Assembly (NCBI GenBank): GCA_963665775.2
Contig: CAXXTF010000002.1
Span: forward strand, 1,429,300-1,493,299
Origin: Dehalococcoidia bacterium
GTDB lineage: Bacteria > Chloroflexota > Dehalococcoidia > SM23-28-2 > RBG-16-64-32
DNA: 64,000 bases
Reading direction: 5' to 3'
The notes under the pieces were generated by a model. It had not been told where the DNA came from. It searched no databases and saw only the letters and a list, made by a program, of their open reading frames with translations. Below are positions 10,159-19,546 of this stretch, piece after piece. Both the position numbers and the translations under genes were made by a program. How positions within the stretch are numbered: the stretch's first letter is position 1; every line of letters begins with the position of its first letter.

Positions 10159-10392
10159 AGTTTCCCTAAAGGTATCCTCAAGATTCTGAATCTAGCGCCT
10201 TAGCAATTACCCTATCAATAAGGGCCCTCTCGGCTGGGGCGATCGCCCATGTAAATCCACCGAAGATTCACCGCAGGTTTACCGCAGGTTTGATTTGAGC
10301 CATTTAGCAATTGGGCCCCTCAGCGAGGTCCCGTTTCACCCTGTTCTTACCCCAGTTTCACCTCAGTTTTTGAATCTAGGGCCTTAGCAATT
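10153..10392 (+). repeat. Three degenerate ~55-bp units (three 11-bp tandem repeats plus GAATCTAGCGCCTTAGCAATT), putative integrase arm sites
   Basis: Units at 10153-10208, 10259-10312 and 10338-10392; a fourth at 30204-30259. Confidence 0.75.
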
Positions 10393-10406
10393 AGGGGTGA
10401 GAGCGT

Positions 10407-10453
10407 GACTTTTAATCCGGGAGTCGTGGGTTCGAATCCCACCGGGCCCTCCA
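10407..10453 (+). tRNA. 3' half of tRNA-Lys(UUU), att-like remnant, not an intact tRNA
   Basis: GACTTTTAATCCGGGAGTCGTGGGTTCGAATCCCACCGGGCCCTCCA has anticodon loop, T-arm and CCA; the upstream sequence does not rebuild the anticodon stem. Confidence 0.85.
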
Positions 10454-10570
10454 ACTCTCATATGTAAGGGGCGGAACCCGGCGGATAGCGGGTCTTGGCC
10501 CTAGACCCCCGGAGTGAATATCCGGGACTCTACATCGAGTTGCCACCTAGCTCTCGAAGACTTTAGGGGC

Positions 10571-10633
10571 CAACTGTAGAGCACCTGCTTCCCACGTAGA
10601 GGGCCGTGGGTTCGATCCCCATCGCCCGCTCCA
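10571..10633 (+). tRNA. Truncated, degenerate tRNA-Gly(CCC), D-loop to CCA
   Basis: CAACTGTAGAGCACCTGCTTCCCACGTAGAGGGCCGTGGGTTCGATCCCCATCGCCCGCTCCA; the 5' acceptor strand (GCGGGCG) is absent. Confidence 0.8.
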
Positions 10634-10759
10634 GTAGGCATGAACTCCAGTTCATGGGTACGGTTCTTGTCCCCTGAAACCCCACCTTGACGGCATTTTA
10701 GCCTACATTGCCGCCGCTATCCACACATAGTAGCTTGTCAAGGACCGGACGGGCCACGG

Positions 10760-11668
10760 TTAGTCGCTCCTGGGCTCGTCCAATCGCCTCTCGACGTCGT
10801 GGAGGAACCGATCCAGCTCAGGAGAAAGCGTGGGGCTGTCTTCCTCTCGTGCGGGTGACTCCGGCTCTAAATCGTAGGCCGCCTCTAACTCGCGCACCAT
10901 CGCTTCCGCACCAGAGTCCTGCCGGGTCTTCTCATCGAGGGCGGCGCACTGACCCCCCGATCTTTTCCGTACGTCGTCTAGGTTCAGAGATAGATCGTAG
11001 AGGCCGGACAGGAGTTCTAGCAGGGCGTTCAGGCCCCGGTAGTACGGGTCCACTTCAAAGTAGCCAGGCAACTGGAGCATCACGGTCAAGGTATCGATTC
11101 CTAGCGGTTGGACCTCGTTAGTAACGAGGCTAAGGATGGAGGTGGGCCCCTGATATGTTCCTGTGCCCACCCTTACGCCGAGCTGGCGCAGTCGCTCTTG
11201 AAGCGCGTCATCGCTGGCGCTGCCGCTAATTATCGGGGGCCTGGTGTGCGGCACCGGTGCCGACATGGAACCTACGCGGCAATAGTGGCGAACCCCAAGA
11301 TGCTGCAGGAGGGCGAGCACAGACGCCACGTACTCCTCGCCGTGCGCATGGGGTTCTAGCATGTTGAGGAGCAGCCAGTCTTGGCCGTCAGTCGCCTGCG
11401 CATAGTGCAAGGAGGTGTTCGGCAGAGTTAGTTCACGCTGTCCCTCTTTTAGAGTCGTGGTGGGACGATATCGGGTGAAGTCATAAAAGGTGCCCGGCCG
11501 AGTTAGCTGTCCCAGCAGCTCTGCTCGCCACTCCTCCCCCAAGAAGGTCAGGGCCTTCGACCCCACGGAGCCAACGTCGATCCAGGGTCGGAGGGCCGCC
11601 AAGAGACGAGGGTGCCTAAGCTTAGGCACTGGCTCCCGAAGTTCAAAGGCGCCAACTTGGATGGTCAT
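10760..11668 (-). CDS. PAC2 family (proteasome assembly chaperone-like) protein
   Basis: PWIDVGSVG, FYDFTRYRP, LEPHAHGEEY, VPHTRP, YQGPTSI, VRELEAAYD motifs. Confidence 0.85.
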   Translation of the reverse strand: MTIQVGAFELREPVPKLRHPRLLAALRPWIDVGSVGSKALTFLGEEWRAELLGQLTRPGTFYDFTRYRPTTTLKEGQRELTLPNTSLHYAQATDGQDWLLLNMLEPHAHGEEYVASVLALLQHLGVRHYCRVGSMSAPVPHTRPPIISGSASDDALQERLRQLGVRVGTGTYQGPTSILSLVTNEVQPLGIDTLTVMLQLPGYFEVDPYYRGLNALLELLSGLYDLSLNLDDVRKRSGGQCAALDEKTRQDSGAEAMVRELEAAYDLEPESPAREEDSPTLSPELDRFLHDVERRLDEPRSD

Positions 11669-11769
11669 GGTTAACGCTATATTGCCACGATTCTGTAATG
11701 CAGGCACGCCCTCCGAAGAAACGAGCCTCTGGGCCAGGGGAGCACTTCGCACACCTGCGTCACGCTGTC

Positions 11770-11905
11770 TGGCCTCCTCCCTGCGAGCCAATATCTCGCT
11801 CCGGCGCCCGTAGTAGACGTCTGCGGGCGTGACGTTGCCAATCCCCTCGTGGTTGCGTCGGTTGTTGTAGTACGCGATGAAGGCGGCCACCGCCTCTTCC
11901 AGCGC
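11770..11905 (-). pseudogene. C-terminal remnant of an IS3/IS481-type transposase
   Basis: LEEAVAAFIAYYNNRRNHEGIGNVTPADVYYGR, the YN-x-R-x-H...TP integrase tail. Confidence 0.8.
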
Positions 11906-12003
11906 AGTGCTAGCAGGTTCGGAAGCGGTGGCGACAACCACAAGAGGGCGAGCCTGTCTGTGCCGCTACCTCGACGTGACGGCGCACTGTGGCTGAATAG
12001 TGT

Positions 12004-12162
12004 TCATCTAATAGGTGGCCGCTGGGCCTGACCTACGGCTATCTTGGGCCCGGGCTCGATCTCTATCCCGCACAGCAGGCAAGCATAGTAGTCACCGTAG
12101 ACGTCGTGCTGACGTACGAGGTCGCCCAGGCATCTGGGACACGCCTTCAGAACGAAACTCAT
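12004..12162 (-). CDS. Small zinc-ribbon protein (52 aa)
   Basis: MSFVLKACPRCLGDL...YYACLLCG with two CxxC pairs; paralog at 62347-62553. Confidence 0.7.
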   Translation of the reverse strand: MSFVLKACPRCLGDLVRQHDVYGDYYACLLCGIEIEPGPKIAVGQAQRPPIR

Positions 12163-12241
12163 ATCGCCCCGGTCCTGCACCCGCTCTGGAGTTCGGTTGC
12201 GCATACAAACCGCCCTTCTCTTGCGGGCCGTCTCACCATGT

Positions 12242-12276
12242 AAAACGGAGCCAAGGGCCTTGCCTCTGGCTCCGTT
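12242..12276 (-). terminator. Intrinsic terminator, likely the riboswitch expression platform
   Basis: 10-bp stem AACGGAGCCA/TGGCTCCGTT ending in a short U-run on the minus strand. Confidence 0.65.
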
Positions 12277-12295
12277 CAACGGCACATGCGGCCCT

Positions 12296-12420
12296 CTCAG
12301 TGGCCTACGAGGTTAGCTGACGGACTAGGGCTGAGAGTAACTACCCTTCCTGCCAATGCAGGATACGCCCCCAGGAATTGGTTCCCCCGTTCCCCAACGA
12401 AGCTGGGGATTTGGCCTTCA
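12296..12420 (-). ncRNA. Cyclic di-AMP (ydaO/yuaA) riboswitch
   Basis: Minus strand GGCCAAATCCCC..GGGGAACGGGGGAACCAA..TGGGGGCGTATCC..GGAAGGG..CCCTAGTCCGTCAGCTAACCTCGTAGGCC follows the ydaO consensus blocks in order. Confidence 0.9.
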
Positions 12421-12489
12421 ACGTCCCTAATTAGATCACAGCCACCCAAATCCTGTCAATTAAACCAGGTCGAACGGACTAGCCAAAGC

Positions 12490-13923
12490 CTAGATGTCTG
12501 CCCGCTGGAGCAGCCTGGCGTACTGGACCAGGTGGCGCATGCCCAGGTAGTTCTCGCGTACTCTTTCGCCAGCGTTCCTACCGAGTTGCCCCGCGAAGTC
12601 ACTGTCCTCCAGGAGACGGCGTAACGCGGCGGTGAAGGACTCAAGGTCCGTCGGGTCTTGAAGCAGGAGGCCGTGAACCTCGTTCTCGATCTGGTCCTGG
12701 ATACCCCCGACAGCGCTGGCCACGATGGGGCGACGCTTCCACATGGCCTCGGTGACGGTCAGACCAAAGCCCTCCTCCAGGCTTTTCTGCACCATAACAG
12801 CAGCATGCCGCTGCAGCGCATTCACGATCGCCGCGTTCTCCTCCACGTCCGCCATGGGAAGGCAGGCAAGGCGAATCCGGTTTCGATCCGCATGAGACAG
12901 ACGGCGCCAAGCTTCGACCACCTCGTCGAAAGTAGCGGTCTGTTCGGGGTCGTCGTCGATCGCTCTCACATTGGGGCCCGCCAGGACCAGCTCGGCGTCG
13001 GCGGGTGCCGCGCCGTCCACCATCTCGGCGAATCCCTTGAGCACACCGACCGGGTCCTTCAGCCTATCCCATCGCGACACCTGCACCACCAGCGGCATCT
13101 CCCACATCGGGGCACGACCGACGCGGCTAATGTCGGCCCGGCGGTCCACGCGTCCCGGCGAGCCATCCTCGCGGACGAACGTTGGCGAAGCGTCGCCGGG
13201 CGGCCCTTCGACCAAACCTACATGCACCAGGATGGCCCGGATAGTGGGCTCGTCCAACTCCTGGTTCTTGGCGGAGAAGGGGTCGATGGAGGGCGGAATA
13301 ATAACGCTGCAGCCGCTATCGCAACACGCCGGGATGTACTGTTGACGGGTGAAAACGTTGGCCGCCACGTCCTCCAGGTAGGGGGCCAAGAAGTTCCATC
13401 CCAGATCTACCTGCTCGCTGACCTCGTCAGTGCCTATGTGGCATCGCCAGATCACTATGGCCCCCATCCGTATCAGATAGGGAGCCAGGCCAGCGGTCTG
13501 AGGATCGTGAAGGAGCACGAAATCGCGGGGACGGATCAGTCCTGACAGCTCCTCCGCATTGGCATGAAGCACCCGCTCATAGATGGCGCGTTCGGCCCCT
13601 CCTAGCGGCGTGCCGTCGCCTAAGGACCCGTGTAGAGTGTGGTGTAGGCGCTTGGTGATGTTGAAGAACTCGGGGGTTCCGCTTATGACGATCCATCGGG
13701 TGTCGATGTCTAGCCCGCGGGCGTACGGTAGGAGAGAGCGGATCATCTCGGCTACGCCGCCGCCCCGCGCTGTGGAACTCACGTTCCAGAAGACCCGACC
13801 CACCATCCTTCTCCGCGCTTCCTCAGCTACTTCATAGACCTCGTGGACCCCTTCCTCCCCGAAAAACGGCAAGAAGCGGTCAATCGGCTGGGCGCTGACC
13901 TGAACCTCGTGCAGCCGGCTCAT
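12490..13923 (-). CDS. treT: GT4 glycosyltransferase, trehalose synthase TreT-like
   Basis: SSTARGGGVAE, HDPQTAGL, WRCHIG, QVSRWDRLKD, QKSLEEGFGLTVTEAMWK motifs. Confidence 0.85.
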   Translation of the reverse strand: MSRLHEVQVSAQPIDRFLPFFGEEGVHEVYEVAEEARRRMVGRVFWNVSSTARGGGVAEMIRSLLPYARGLDIDTRWIVISGTPEFFNITKRLHHTLHGSLGDGTPLGGAERAIYERVLHANAEELSGLIRPRDFVLLHDPQTAGLAPYLIRMGAIVIWRCHIGTDEVSEQVDLGWNFLAPYLEDVAANVFTRQQYIPACCDSGCSVIIPPSIDPFSAKNQELDEPTIRAILVHVGLVEGPPGDASPTFVREDGSPGRVDRRADISRVGRAPMWEMPLVVQVSRWDRLKDPVGVLKGFAEMVDGAAPADAELVLAGPNVRAIDDDPEQTATFDEVVEAWRRLSHADRNRIRLACLPMADVEENAAIVNALQRHAAVMVQKSLEEGFGLTVTEAMWKRRPIVASAVGGIQDQIENEVHGLLLQDPTDLESFTAALRRLLEDSDFAGQLGRNAGERVRENYLGMRHLVQYARLLQRADI

Positions 13924-14169
13924 GTCGTTCGTCTCATCCGTAAATCAGACAAGCAGATCACATTAAATAGAACGCTTTCCATGGCTCCAATGTTGCACAA
14001 CACAGCCGGCCTGCGAGCAAGGGTTTCGGCCAAGTCCCGTGGGTCTCACTGACGCTACTCAGTGACTTGCCGATCTGACCAGCTATCATGAGATATGCAT
14101 TTGCGTCATCAGGTACTGTTACGTAAAATGGCTGCGCTAAACGGGCGCTAGCTAGAGGAGGTAATACCA

Positions 14170-14454
14170 ATGGCATTGTTTATCGCTCTCGGTCGCTCCA
14201 CGGACGACGGGCTCAAGAACATCGCCGACATGACGGCGCGGCACAACGCCGCGGTCGAACGCGTCGAGGCGGCTGGGGTGAAGGTGCATGGCACCTACGC
14301 CGTCATGGGCCGCTACGACTATGTGGTGATCCTCGACGCGGCCGACATGGCCACCTGCATCCGGGTTCTCAGCAAGGAGGCATCCGGCGGGAACATCCGC
14401 TACGAGACGATGCCTGCTATCTCCTCGAACGAGTTCGCTAGCCTGCTGTCCTAG
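14170..14454 (+). CDS. GYD domain protein
   Basis: YAVMGRYDYVVI...GNIRYETMPA; GAGGAGG RBS. Confidence 0.85.
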   Translation: MALFIALGRSTDDGLKNIADMTARHNAAVERVEAAGVKVHGTYAVMGRYDYVVILDAADMATCIRVLSKEASGGNIRYETMPAISSNEFASLLS

Positions 14455-14615
14455 TCAGATCGTCATATCGGGGCCCTCTATACCAGCCGCATGATGACGA
14501 AGAGGACGAAAATGGCCACCATGGGGCGAGGGTGCTAACCACCAGTAGTTATGCCCAGCCACGGGTGTCCCAGGCGCACCAGGCGTGCAACTCGCGACCG
14601 TCCACCTCGAAGACG

Positions 14616-16316
14616 CTAGCTCTCCGCATGGTAGTCGCGCCGCCGGCGGGCCAGCACCGCCTGCACCTCCTGGCTGGGCACCCCGAACCGATGCAGCGTG
14701 TGCCTCACGAACTCCAGCCCCACCTCGAACTCCCCGTGCACCACCTCGGCGGCACCGGCCCCACGGAGCCGCAGATGGCTCTCCTCCTCGCCGCCGCGCG
14801 CGACGATGTCCAGCCGCGGGCTGATCTGGTGGGCCGCCACCGCCACCGCCTCCACCTGCGACACGTCGGTCAGCGTCACCGCCAGTAGCCGCGCCTCCTC
14901 CAGCCCTGCCTGCGCCAGGACGGCGGGTAGCGCCGGGTCGCCCAAGATGCAGGGCACCCCCTGTGCCTGCAACTGGCGGATTACCACCGGATCCTGGTCG
15001 ATGACAAGAAAGCGAAAGTCCCTGAAGGAGAGAGCTGCTGCCACCTCCCGTCCCGCCTCGTTGAATCCGCAAATGACCGCGTGGTTCACCAGCGCCTTGG
15101 GCTCAGGGACGTGGGCCTCGGTTCGCTCCTCCATGAGCCCTCCCAAACCGGGCGCACTCCGCAGGGCTCGGAGCAGCGCATCCTGTCCCAGGAAAAGGAG
15201 GGGGCTGACGGCGATGCTCAGAAGGATGGCAGCCAGCACCGCCTCATTGATCTCTACATCGAAGACACCCTCGCTCACGCCCTGGCTAGCCAGGACGAAG
15301 GAGAACTCCCCCATGTTCCCCAGAGCGATTCCCGCCGTCAGAGCAGCCTTCCGCGTATACCCGAAGGCCACGGCGATCCCGCTTACCAGCACCAGCTTGC
15401 CGACGATCCCCAGCGCCGCCGCGCCGAACACGATCTCAGGCTGGTCCACGAAGCTGTTGGGATCGATAAGCATACCGACGGCCACGAAGAAGACCACCGC
15501 GAATACCTCTCGCAGGGGGAACACCTCGGCCAGCGTCCTGTGAGCGTACTCCGACTCCGAGACCAGGAGCCCGGCCAGGAACGCTCCGAAGGCCAGGGTT
15601 AGGCCCGCCAGGGAGCTGACGGAGGCGGTGCCCAGAGCCAGCGCCACTACGGTGAGGAGGAACAGCTCTCGGGAACGCGCCAGGCTAACCCGCGCCAGGA
15701 CCCGCGGCACTATCAATGTACCGACGATCCACACACCGACCAGCAGCCCCGCCGCTTTAGCAGCCGCCAGCCCCAGGGACGGCAGAACGTTCTCTTCATC
15801 CCCAGCGATTACCGGGATCATGACGATGAGTGGCACCACCGCCATGTCCTGGATGAGGGCGAAGGCCACGCCCGCTCTGCCCGCCGCCGCGCCTATCTCG
15901 CCCCGGTCCTCCAGGAGGCGTAGCGCCACCATCGTGCTGGAGATGGAGATAACCGCGCCCAGGAGCAGCGCCTCGTCCGTCGATAGCCCCAGGGCCCAGC
16001 CCAGCAGGACGCCCAGGCCGATCATCACCCCAATCTGGCTCAGCCCGCCGAACACGGCGAGGCCGCGCACCCGTACCAGCTCGCGCAGCGAGAAGCGGAT
16101 GCCCAGCGTGAACATCAGGAGGGCCACACCCAGATCGGCCACCGTCTGCACTTCGTCGATGTCGCCGACCAGGCCGGGGGTATTGGGCCCGATGGCGAGG
16201 CCCGCCGCCAGATAGCCTAGCAGAGACGGCAGCCGCAGCAATCGAGCCACCACCCCGCCCACGAGCGCAGCCGCCATCACGACGGCCAGGTTACCTACGA
16301 GGCCAAGTTCTTCCAT
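14616..16316 (-). CDS. CPA2 cation:proton antiporter with C-terminal TrkA-N/RCK domain (Kef/YbaL-like)
   Basis: Multi-TM; LLMFTLG, ISISST, IQD, FGAFLAG, GEFSFVL; HAVICGFNEAG..GDP Rossmann tail. Confidence 0.9.
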   Translation of the reverse strand: MEELGLVGNLAVVMAAALVGGVVARLLRLPSLLGYLAAGLAIGPNTPGLVGDIDEVQTVADLGVALLMFTLGIRFSLRELVRVRGLAVFGGLSQIGVMIGLGVLLGWALGLSTDEALLLGAVISISSTMVALRLLEDRGEIGAAAGRAGVAFALIQDMAVVPLIVMIPVIAGDEENVLPSLGLAAAKAAGLLVGVWIVGTLIVPRVLARVSLARSRELFLLTVVALALGTASVSSLAGLTLAFGAFLAGLLVSESEYAHRTLAEVFPLREVFAVVFFVAVGMLIDPNSFVDQPEIVFGAAALGIVGKLVLVSGIAVAFGYTRKAALTAGIALGNMGEFSFVLASQGVSEGVFDVEINEAVLAAILLSIAVSPLLFLGQDALLRALRSAPGLGGLMEERTEAHVPEPKALVNHAVICGFNEAGREVAAALSFRDFRFLVIDQDPVVIRQLQAQGVPCILGDPALPAVLAQAGLEEARLLAVTLTDVSQVEAVAVAAHQISPRLDIVARGGEEESHLRLRGAGAAEVVHGEFEVGLEFVRHTLHRFGVPSQEVQAVLARRRRDYHAES

Positions 16317-16512
16317 AGAAAACCGTCAGCAGGTCTGTCGGGCGCGCGCGCAACTGCAGAGAATAAGAGCTGGCTGATACCGGCAGGGGCGATCCCGGCC
16401 GTATCGTATCACGATCGGCCGCTGCACCACCTGAGGCTGGTTCTACGCGGACAGGTGGCTTTGGGGGGAGAAAATCACATGCGTATCTGAGAGGTTAGGC
16501 AGCCAGCCAGTC

Positions 16513-16824
16513 TTACTCGTGATGTAGGCCGCCCAGCACGGGCCCAGCCACGATCCGCTCGGACTGCGGCGCCACCTGTCGCCGAGGTTCCAGGCTGGGT
16601 CGACGCGGCTGGCGGGAGCGGACTGCGAGTTGCTGGCGGAGAGCAATATTCTCCAGGACGAGATGTTGCTCCATGGCCGTGTTGTCCAGGGGCCGGATGT
16701 CGCAGGACGACGTGGCGTCCTCGTCCAGGACCTGCCCCAGGGCCTCTATGATGGGCTTCTCCTCCGGCCCCAGCACATCTACGTAGCCGAGGATACGCTC
16801 TAGAGCCTCTTCAACGCTGATCAC
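16513..16824 (-). pseudogene. moeA: moeA N-terminus fused to both ends of an internally deleted IS integrase
   Basis: MISVEEALERIL..ALGQVLDED..PLDNTAM (MoeA), then LENIALRQQL and PVLGGLHHE (N- and C-terminal motifs of an rve-type IS protein). Confidence 0.75.
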
Positions 16825-16855
16825 AGGCGTTCACATCTCATCCCTTTAGGAGTCG

Positions 16856-17116
16856 CTACTCCTCCCCCGGGCTGATACCCCAGCTTACTAGGCAGGTGTT
16901 CGTCCGCAGCACTCCGTCCACCCGCTGGATGCCGCCCGTTATCGCCTGCCCTAGAGTGTCTAGGTCGTCCGATTCCAGAAGAACGATAATGTCATAGGGA
17001 CCCGTCACCGTGTCCACGGAGATCACCTCCGCGTCCTTGAGCCGCAGTTTCCTTACCCCATCCCCCACGGCTTTCGCGGTCCGTACGGCGGATTCGATGA
17101 GTACGTATGCCCGCAT
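16856..17116 (-). CDS. Stand-alone Lrp/AsnC ligand-binding domain protein
   Basis: MRAYVLIE...VTGPYDIIV...GVLRTNTC; AGGAGG RBS. Confidence 0.85.
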   Translation of the reverse strand: MRAYVLIESAVRTAKAVGDGVRKLRLKDAEVISVDTVTGPYDIIVLLESDDLDTLGQAITGGIQRVDGVLRTNTCLVSWGISPGEE

Positions 17117-17307
17117 GGTCCGGCACCTCCTTCTGGCCGCACCGCGCCAGCGGCTCACGGCTGCAGAGAATCATGACACGGTTTACCGCGTTGGAGTGGG
17201 CCCAGACGCGTTCTTGCACCTGCTGCATCCTATAATAGCGGTCAGCCCTCATCCGGGCCAACACGACCTATGTCTTCTGAATCAGAGGCAGCGTATAAGG
17301 TAAGGAG

Positions 17308-18254
17308 GGTTCCGTCAGAACTCAGGGCGCGGGGGTAAACTTGTCTCAATGTAGGAGAGGAGCCACCCATGAACTGCCCACACTGCCGATCGACGGCCAC
17401 CAGCAAACGGATGCACCGCACCACCCTGGGATACCTCAGGTTCTCGTGTAGGTCTTGCCATCGTCGCTTCAACGAACGTACCGGTACGCCCTACAACGAT
17501 CTCCAGTTCCCCACCGACATCGTCCTGTTGGCGGTCCTCTGGCGGCTACGCTACAAGCTAGGGTTCCGCGACGTCGCCGAACTGCTCCTTCAGCGAGGCT
17601 ACGAGGTCACGCACGAGACAGTACGGGCCTGGGAGTTCCGGTTTGCTCCTCTCCTGGGCGAACAACTGCGTACCCGGCGGCGCGGCCAGACAAGAGGTCT
17701 CTCCTGGTATCTAGATGAGACCTACGTGAAGGTCAGCGGTCGTTGGCGTTACCTGTACCGCGCCATTGACCCGGACGGCAATCTCCTAGACTCGATGCTG
17801 AGTGAGCGAAGGGATAGAGCGGCTGCCCGTCTCTTTCTACGGCGGCTGGCCGACGTCACGACCCACAAGCCGTTGCGCCTCACCACCGATCAGCATCCGG
17901 CCTACGGAAAGGCGATCCGCTGGATACTGGGACGGAAGGTCTTGCACCGGCAGAGCCGGTACCTGAACAATCGTATCGAGCAGGACCATCGGGCCATAAA
18001 ACAGCGCTACTACCCCATGCTGGGGTTCAAGCGAATGGAGTCGGCGAAGCGCTTCTGCTCGGCGTTCGAAGAGTTGCGTCAGTACTTGCGCATCCGCCCG
18101 CCCATTGGCAAGCAGGTGTCGTTGCCAGAGAGACGTCGAGTCTTCCTAGAGAGATGGAAAGCGTTGACGGCGGAGATGGCAGCGGCGTAATCGGTTCGGA
18201 TTTCGAACCGAGATTCATCTCCGCGGCATTGGCGCCCTGAGTTCTGACAGAACC
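17308..18254 (+). mobile_element. IS6-family insertion sequence
   Basis: TIRs GGTTCCGTCAGAACTCAGGGCGC (17308) and its inverse ending at 18254, 22/23 match; no target duplication seen. Confidence 0.92.
17369..18190 (+). CDS. IS6-family DDE transposase with N-terminal Zn finger
   Basis: CPHC..CRSC; WYLDETYVKV, YLYRAID, TTD, LNNRIEQDHR. Confidence 0.95.
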   Translation: MNCPHCRSTATSKRMHRTTLGYLRFSCRSCHRRFNERTGTPYNDLQFPTDIVLLAVLWRLRYKLGFRDVAELLLQRGYEVTHETVRAWEFRFAPLLGEQLRTRRRGQTRGLSWYLDETYVKVSGRWRYLYRAIDPDGNLLDSMLSERRDRAAARLFLRRLADVTTHKPLRLTTDQHPAYGKAIRWILGRKVLHRQSRYLNNRIEQDHRAIKQRYYPMLGFKRMESAKRFCSAFEELRQYLRIRPPIGKQVSLPERRRVFLERWKALTAEMAAA

Positions 18255-18370
18255 CATATCGCCTCCCTCCTCCAGCCATGTCACGTCAACAATTGTGTCC
18301 GCTGTCAATCACGAGGCCTGATCGAGTCGAACTGCATCGGTCTCCTGAGCGGTCTGGGCCTAGAACTTTC

Positions 18371-19546
18371 CTAACGTACGCGGCCGATCGCAAACTTCAG
18401 GTAATCGCCTTCGGGGAACGCTGACAAGACCGGGTGGTCGAATGCGGCGCCGTACAGGGCTTCGAACACCCAGTGGCGGCCGGCTTGGCGGGCACCGGCC
18501 TCGATACTTGCCAGAAAGTCGTCCTTCCCGAAGTGGCTGGAGCACGATGACGCGCACAGCAGACCGCCCGGCGCGGTGACCGCCGACGCCAGCTTGTGCA
18601 ATCGCTGGTAGGCCTGGCGCGCCGCAGGCACCGCATCCTTATTAGGGGCGAAGCTAGGCGGGTCGGAGATAACGATGTCCCATCGATCGCCGCGCTCGAT
18701 CGCCGCCTTCAAGAATGCGAAGGCATCGAGTGCGTGAAACCTCGCGCGATCCATGGGCAGATTGTTCAGTTCAAAGTTGCGCCGCGCGGCCTCGATCACG
18801 GGTCTCGCCATGTCGACGGTGTCCGTGCTGCGGGCGCCGGCCACCGCCGCCTGCACCGCGAAGCCACCCGTGTAGCCGAACAGGTTCAGGACGGACTTGC
18901 CACGGGCGCGCCCCGCCACTCGTACACGGTTCTCGCGCTGGTCGATGAAGAGGCCGCCCTTTTGTCCGTGCGCCAGATCTACTACGAACCGGACGGCGTT
19001 CTCCAGAACCTCTCGTTCGTCTTCCTTGGCACCCGTCTTGCGCGAGGATCGATCCAGCACCGCCCGAATCGGCAAACGCGGTCGCGCTGCCAAGCGTAGC
19101 CGCGGTTCAAACGGATCGTAGAAAGCGCCTGCACCGTCACCGTCAAAACGAACGACGGCGGTGTCGGCATAGAAGTCGACGTGTACGCCTGGTAGGAGAT
19201 CACCCTCACCGTGCACCCAGCGAAATACGTTGGTCTTCGAAAGATCTAGTCGCTCCAGTCGGCGGTCCAGCGCCGCTCGCAGCCGTTCCGCGAGTAGCGA
19301 GTCCGGATCTGCGAAACGGTGGCCGGGTCCGCCCGATTCCAGCACCCGCACGGCGATCGGTGATCGCTTGTCCCAGAAGCCCCGGGCGATGGGTCTTCCA
19401 TCGCGCGTGTGGATTTCGACGAAGGCGCCATCGTCCGGGATGACGCGAACATCCAGCGCATCTCGGTAGATCCAGGGGCGGCCCTGTCGAATGGAGCGCG
19501 AAAGGTTCTTCTTGAGAACCACGGCGCGCGGCCGATCGCGGGTCAT
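18371..19546 (-). CDS. RlmI-like class I SAM-dependent rRNA methyltransferase
   Basis: GRPWIY, HGEGDLLPG, GQKGGLFIDQRENR, LNLFGYTGGF, DPPSF, SSCS, FPEGDYLK. Confidence 0.88.
   Translation of the reverse strand: MTRDRPRAVVLKKNLSRSIRQGRPWIYRDALDVRVIPDDGAFVEIHTRDGRPIARGFWDKRSPIAVRVLESGGPGHRFADPDSLLAERLRAALDRRLERLDLSKTNVFRWVHGEGDLLPGVHVDFYADTAVVRFDGDGAGAFYDPFEPRLRLAARPRLPIRAVLDRSSRKTGAKEDEREVLENAVRFVVDLAHGQKGGLFIDQRENRVRVAGRARGKSVLNLFGYTGGFAVQAAVAGARSTDTVDMARPVIEAARRNFELNNLPMDRARFHALDAFAFLKAAIERGDRWDIVISDPPSFAPNKDAVPAARQAYQRLHKLASAVTAPGGLLCASSCSSHFGKDDFLASIEAGARQAGRHWVFEALYGAAFDHPVLSAFPEGDYLKFAIGRVR

Noticed and set aside
10153-10392. CRISPR array
   Set aside because: Units are ~55 bp and degenerate, spacers are unequal (50 and 25 nt), and no cas genes are present.
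10378-10453. Intact tRNA-Lys
   Set aside because: GGGCCTT partly pairs with the acceptor 3' strand, but the D-arm and anticodon stem (CGTGA/TCCGG) fail, and that 5' part belongs to the repeat unit.
10760-11941. 393-aa ORF as a real transposase-PAC2 fusion
   Set aside because: The transposase piece is only a C-terminal tail, separated by unrelated sequence; chance in-frame read-through to the PAC2 start at 11668.
16317-16440. Fluoride riboswitch upstream of the antiporter
   Set aside because: Only a 3'-like GCTGACGGTTTTCTA is present; the GGnGATGGnGTTCnCC 5' stem is missing.
17300-18262. Target-site duplication for IS6
   Set aside because: The flanks GTAAGGAG and CATATCGC do not match, which is common after IS6 cointegrate resolution.
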